A stretch of DNA of 63,999 nucleotides, filler included, from Dimargaris cristalligena (Eukaryota): assembly GCA_003614675.1 (NCBI GenBank). It is 4 parts of 4 records of this genome, joined end to end, with 100 filler letters (N's around TTAATTAATTAA, not from the genome) between each part and the next. Parts side by side here need not be neighbours in the genome. Positions count along the whole stretch, not along the records: positions 51,184 to 63,999 come from ML003024.1; 3 more parts are not named here. One strand, given 5' to 3'. This document shows, piece by piece, positions 59,865-63,999 of this stretch (position 1 is its first letter; the number at the start of each line of letters is the position of its first letter). Below the pieces are notes generated by a model, which saw only the letters and a program-made list of their open reading frames with translations, had not been told where the DNA came from and did not search any database. Position numbers and translations under genes: made by a program.

Positions 59865-61609
59865 TGTGTGGGCTAGCTTAATTGATGCAGTGTTGGTAGA
59901 AGTGGGTTAGAGATCGGAGCGTGTGGGGGGGGGTTGGATGAAGAAAATCAAAGATTGAAAGTTGAAGTCTCGGATAGTAATCGATGTTTATGATGATTAA
60001 AATTAATATGGAACAGCCCAGAGTATTTATAGGTGGTAAAGAGGATGGGAAAGTTTCTGGCGACTACGCATGTATGTTACCAGGCAATATGGTGTTGAAG
60101 GGTGGCATTGTCTTTACCATGCATGATCTTTGAAAAGTACAAGGAGAGGCCGTCCACATCCAATGGACAGGTGTAACGTTGTCAAATAGAAACAGTGAAT
60201 ACTATACAAAGCCAACAATAATCCCTGAAGACCCCGAACTTTGTAGCCTGGCCTATCTTCAGCAAGAACCACAGCTTCACCCTAAGTGCGCCAATTGTTG
60301 GGCATTTTCATTAATACGATTAATCTCCCACATTACGCAATGAAGTATATACCCCTAATGAACCACTTCGCAGTCCATTCACCTTCTCATTTTTTCAACT
60401 GGGATGGTATACTTAGCACAAGCTGAAGTGAAGGTATTCCATAGTCCTAAACAAGTGGCCCTGTGATCTTTTACTTAGACGCATATTAATATGATGGCAT
60501 TCTAATATATAAATTATGGACAACTACTATGAATACTGGAAATCCAACACCGGGTCCTTTGTCCCTTAATTAAGGTACTGGATACCGCATATGTCTAGTA
60601 AGAAAATAAAATTGGCCTGTATATACTATGTATAATTACATTTAGTAGTATTGTCCTTGCTGGACGGATTAAATCCAGAGTCGCCAAGGCCAATGATGAA
60701 GTACACGAAAACTGTGGGCCCTATTCGAATGATCCATTGCCATTCACACCATTTGGCATTGTTATTGTAAAAGATTGGATCATACCGCTTTAGTCGTATT
60801 TCCTATTTTTTGCCATATTGTGCTATCAATGGCAAGCCTTACTTGGTGACCAACTATGTATGGCTATACCATAGCCCTATACACTTTTCTAGTTCCACCA
60901 TGTACAACACCGATAGCCCACTCCACCACCTTCCATCAGGTAATTCGTTGACTTTACAATCAATCCTCGACAAGACGATGCCTTCAACAGCTTGGGGCTT
61001 AATGGCCGATGCATGAATTGTACGGGACTAAAATAGAGGGTGTCCCTAAACAGACAAGTAAGCAGTCTACATTACTTGGTTTGGATCCAAAGCTATTAAA
61101 TTAAATAATGATCTGGCCAGCTAGCCTTTCACTGCATTCTTTATGGTAATTTATCAGGCAATGCTAAATTCGCCATGGGCCGATTCATCTAGCGAAGTTG
61201 ATGGTCACAACTATCCTGTATTCGCCGGAATTTAGTTTAAACCTTGGCTTCAAGGTAGCACCAGCAATTTTTAGATATTTCGGAGAAATAGTCTGAGGTC
61301 TTGGGGCTCAGCACTAATGAAGAAATCGTAAATGGGCATTTTGGGAGTATAGTGGATAGATATACGTGTAAGTAAAACTGCGGCCTTTCTGTTTAAAAAT
61401 ATGCCCTGATGGATCTATTATTATCATGTTTCTGACCAATTACGTTTATCTGTTTAGTTATTACTGGTCACACCATTTTAACCATTTAATATACCCCCCG
61501 TTGATTACACTGTTCAGTAAAACAAATCGCTTAGAGGTACCTTACCGTCCTCTAGCTGCTTCCTCCTCTTTCACCCGTTTTTATTGATATTCCTTTAGTA
61601 TTTCCAGCA

Positions 61610-62695
61610 ATAGCAACATAATGACCAATATCCCTGGTCATTTAATAGGGACAAAGCGGAGGGCGGTGACGGGAAATGCAGCCGAGAAGGTCATGTGTGT
61701 ATAGGAAACATAAAAAAGAAAGGAAGGGGGAATATGTGGGAATAAAGGGACATTTCAGGAATGGGTGAGGCGGGATAATATGATGCGCTTGATTTATACT
61801 AGTTTAAAGCACTGTGAAGAGGGCAATGTTGTTTTTGACTGCTGTGAGGATGGACAAGACAATTGTCGAGGATATAGGTATATCTACAAATGAGCGAAGG
61901 GTGCCATCGTTTGTGAAAAGCCCACTATCTCCTGGGAGTAAGTGGGTATCGGGAATAATAAAACTTGGAAAAGAACTAGATATGTGGTCTTTGTACTTGA
62001 GTGTAAATGGAAGGGTGAGCACAGTGCCAGGCCTTAACATAAATAGATTGTGCTATTATTATTTAGTTCTCGAATTATACCCAATTTATGAATGATGATG
62101 CTTATTTCCCACGGTTGGTAAAGGGGCTACAATGTCTGGAGCAGAAATACGGACCACAATGACCTCCTGGGGGTTGAATTTCCTCCTCCCATAAGGCCCG
62201 AGTTGGCGACAATGGCCATGTTTTAATTGACCCATATGAAATGCGCATCACCTATTCCACAGTGAATGGTTTTTGGGGGAATTCATTGTGATTTGATTTA
62301 GTATCCCTATAACCCACTTGATACGCCCAATTCCCTGGTTCACATAGATGGGGCTATTTGGCAACTATATAAACCCCCTCATATCCTTCCCTATGACTTT
62401 TAAATTATCAATCGTTTGTCAACATTATTATTACAATGACAATCAAATTTTCTATAAAGGGTGGCATGAATCGACCTAGTAGGGACTATCCTACGGCCAA
62501 TACGATTGCCCCCATCATAAAGCCCATCAAGTGGGCTTTCCAAAAGGTAAGTACTAGTTCTGTATCATAACTTATAGTTTATAGTTTTTTTTCTGAACAG
62601 ATGAGGCTACCATCCCTTTATATAGTGCACCAGTGGTTCATATTTAACTGGAATTCAGCCACTTGGATATTTGCGTCCTGCTATGTATAATCTGT
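61610..62695 (+). repeat. Diverged ~1.1-kb duplication, copy B
   Basis: Colinear with 52355-53470; boundaries approximate. Confidence 0.8.
62436..62690 (+). CDS. Candidate spliced micro-gene, 66 aa, unknown function
   Basis: TATATAAA at ~62366. Exon 1 is 62436-62546, then a 54-nt GTAAGT...CAG intron, then exon 2 at 62601-62690. Product: MTIKFSIKGGMNRPSRDYPTANTIAPIIKPIKWAFQK|MRLPSLYIVHQWFIFNWNSATWIFASCYV. Confidence 0.5.
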
Positions 62696-63740
62696 AACCA
62701 TTACTGGAGGTTGCAATGAAGTGGTGACACTTCTTATCAAAGCGAATGGGGTACAGTCTCGTGCCTTTATGTTACTTCATAGATGAATTTCACCTATGTG
62801 ACTAAACCACTACTTCCTACGCTATTAATGCTCTTCTATAATTATTCCCAACAATGGCCTCTATATTTCTGTATTATTTTTGATTGCATATTTTCTGTCA
62901 GATGGTAACTGCGTTTAGGCTGCGCAAAAATTAATAGCCGTAAAATGTAATTCCTGTGCCGCGTCCAACTGATCAATTTCTATCTCCACTGTGGGTAGCA
63001 TGATATCCCCAGTAATGCGCGGGAAGAAAATGTTGCAACCAGCGGCCACTCCACTCCCAACTGCACTCCGCCATGCCCCACCATGTGGGCGTTTTACTAA
63101 ATAGGAATGCCAGTCCTGAATAGGCCACCCGAACTGAAGAATATATTATCTGGCGGCCTTACATTAGTGGCACTATGGTAAAAACAATTACTATGGGTTT
63201 ACACCTCTGACTTGCCCTTTAAAAGCCGGAGTTTTCTTACTTGCACCTCCCGACCTAGTCTTTTGGGTCTTTCGACCTCATGCTACCGGGTAATACTTTA
63301 AATTAGCATGCCATACGTCAATTGAAGTAACCAACGGGATTTCCCCCATTTGAGCGGGCCACCCCCTATCCCTCAAATTACATTATTGGTTTTCGCATTA
63401 ACAATATCCCTATTCCATCTATCGCCAATTATCATCAGTTATATTACCCATTTTCACAATAAACATTATATTTTTTCAGATACTTAATCCAAACAAATGA
63501 TATTCCGCTTGTCTGTCACCAACAGTCTGGCATTATGCTTCTGTCTACCCCTGAAACCGCCTCCTCCAACTTGGAAAATGGCTCATTATTTACCAATAGG
63601 GCAGTGACACATTTATCCCGAAGCTCAATAACTCAAGGCCAGATGCCAACAGAAGTACAGTTACACTAGCTGTAGCATGGCTGTCTAATAAAGAAATAAT
63701 TATATTTTGAATTAATATTCCTGCAGAAGAGATTTGATAA

Positions 63741-63999
63741 TGTTACCCCTCCTAATCCGACCTAATCCATCCACTAATGATTGCCATCATAGTAGGCCAT
63801 ATAGCACCATATTGTACCCCTGGTCCTAATGGGGCCGGACATCATATATATCATCTTACCGGCCAGACCCCCCTGGAGTTCACACTACTTACTCCTAGGT
63901 GATCTTAGTGTCTTCCAGTTCCCATGGAAGCCTCCGCTCATACAAGGACCACCCGGCCCCCCCTATCATTATCTTAGTTATGTAGTTTCCCCTCGGGAC
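63741..63999 (+). mobile_element. LTR-family copy in the opposite orientation, running off the window end
   Basis: TGTTACCCCTCCTAATCCGACCTAATCCA closely matches the reverse complement of the 52215 end. CTTCCAGTTCCCAT also matches the reverse complement of ~52014-52027. Confidence 0.75.

Noticed and set aside
1..63999. tRNA, rRNA, snRNA or SECIS elements
   Set aside because: No convincing cloverleaf, A/B-box pair or in-frame TGA gene was seen by eye; tRNAscan-SE and Infernal would be needed to exclude them.

Overview
Eukaryotic, fungal-type genomic DNA with GC-rich exons and short GT-AG introns carrying CTAAC-like branch points. The gene content (CENP-M-like, cyclin E-like, CHERP-like, STE12 with C2H2 fingers) suggests an early-diverging fungus; a Dimargaris-like zoopagomycete is an unverified guess. 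The window is not one locus. It is four unrelated contigs (1-16991, 17092-34056, 34157-51083, 51184-end) joined by artificial N44-TTAATTAATTAA-N44 linkers and apparently ordered by length. Recognisable genes are a CHERP-like G-patch splicing factor (3' part), RPL4, an STE12-like TF, SCS7, the SPF1 P5A-ATPase, a Myb-repeat protein, a 3-exon CENP-M homolog, a ZFC3H1/Red1-like protein, two secreted proteins ending in a stand-alone I9 inhibitor-like domain, a Cys-rich secreted protein, a FAM104/VCF1-like protein, a cyclin E-like protein, a secreted protein with an F-box-like motif, the 3' part of a GIGYF/Smy2-like gene, and MAS2. Repeats include a Ty3/gypsy 3' end with its LTR, four copies of a ~585-bp LTR family, and a diverged ~1.1-kb duplication carrying a spliced micro-gene; the transposon-derived DNA is strongly CpG-depleted. 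No multi-gene novel system can be demonstrated from sequence alone. The best leads are the CENP-M with a retained P-loop, the secreted F-box-like protein, the secreted I9-like pair, the VCF1-like protein and the micro-gene family. All family assignments are from motif recognition, not database searches.
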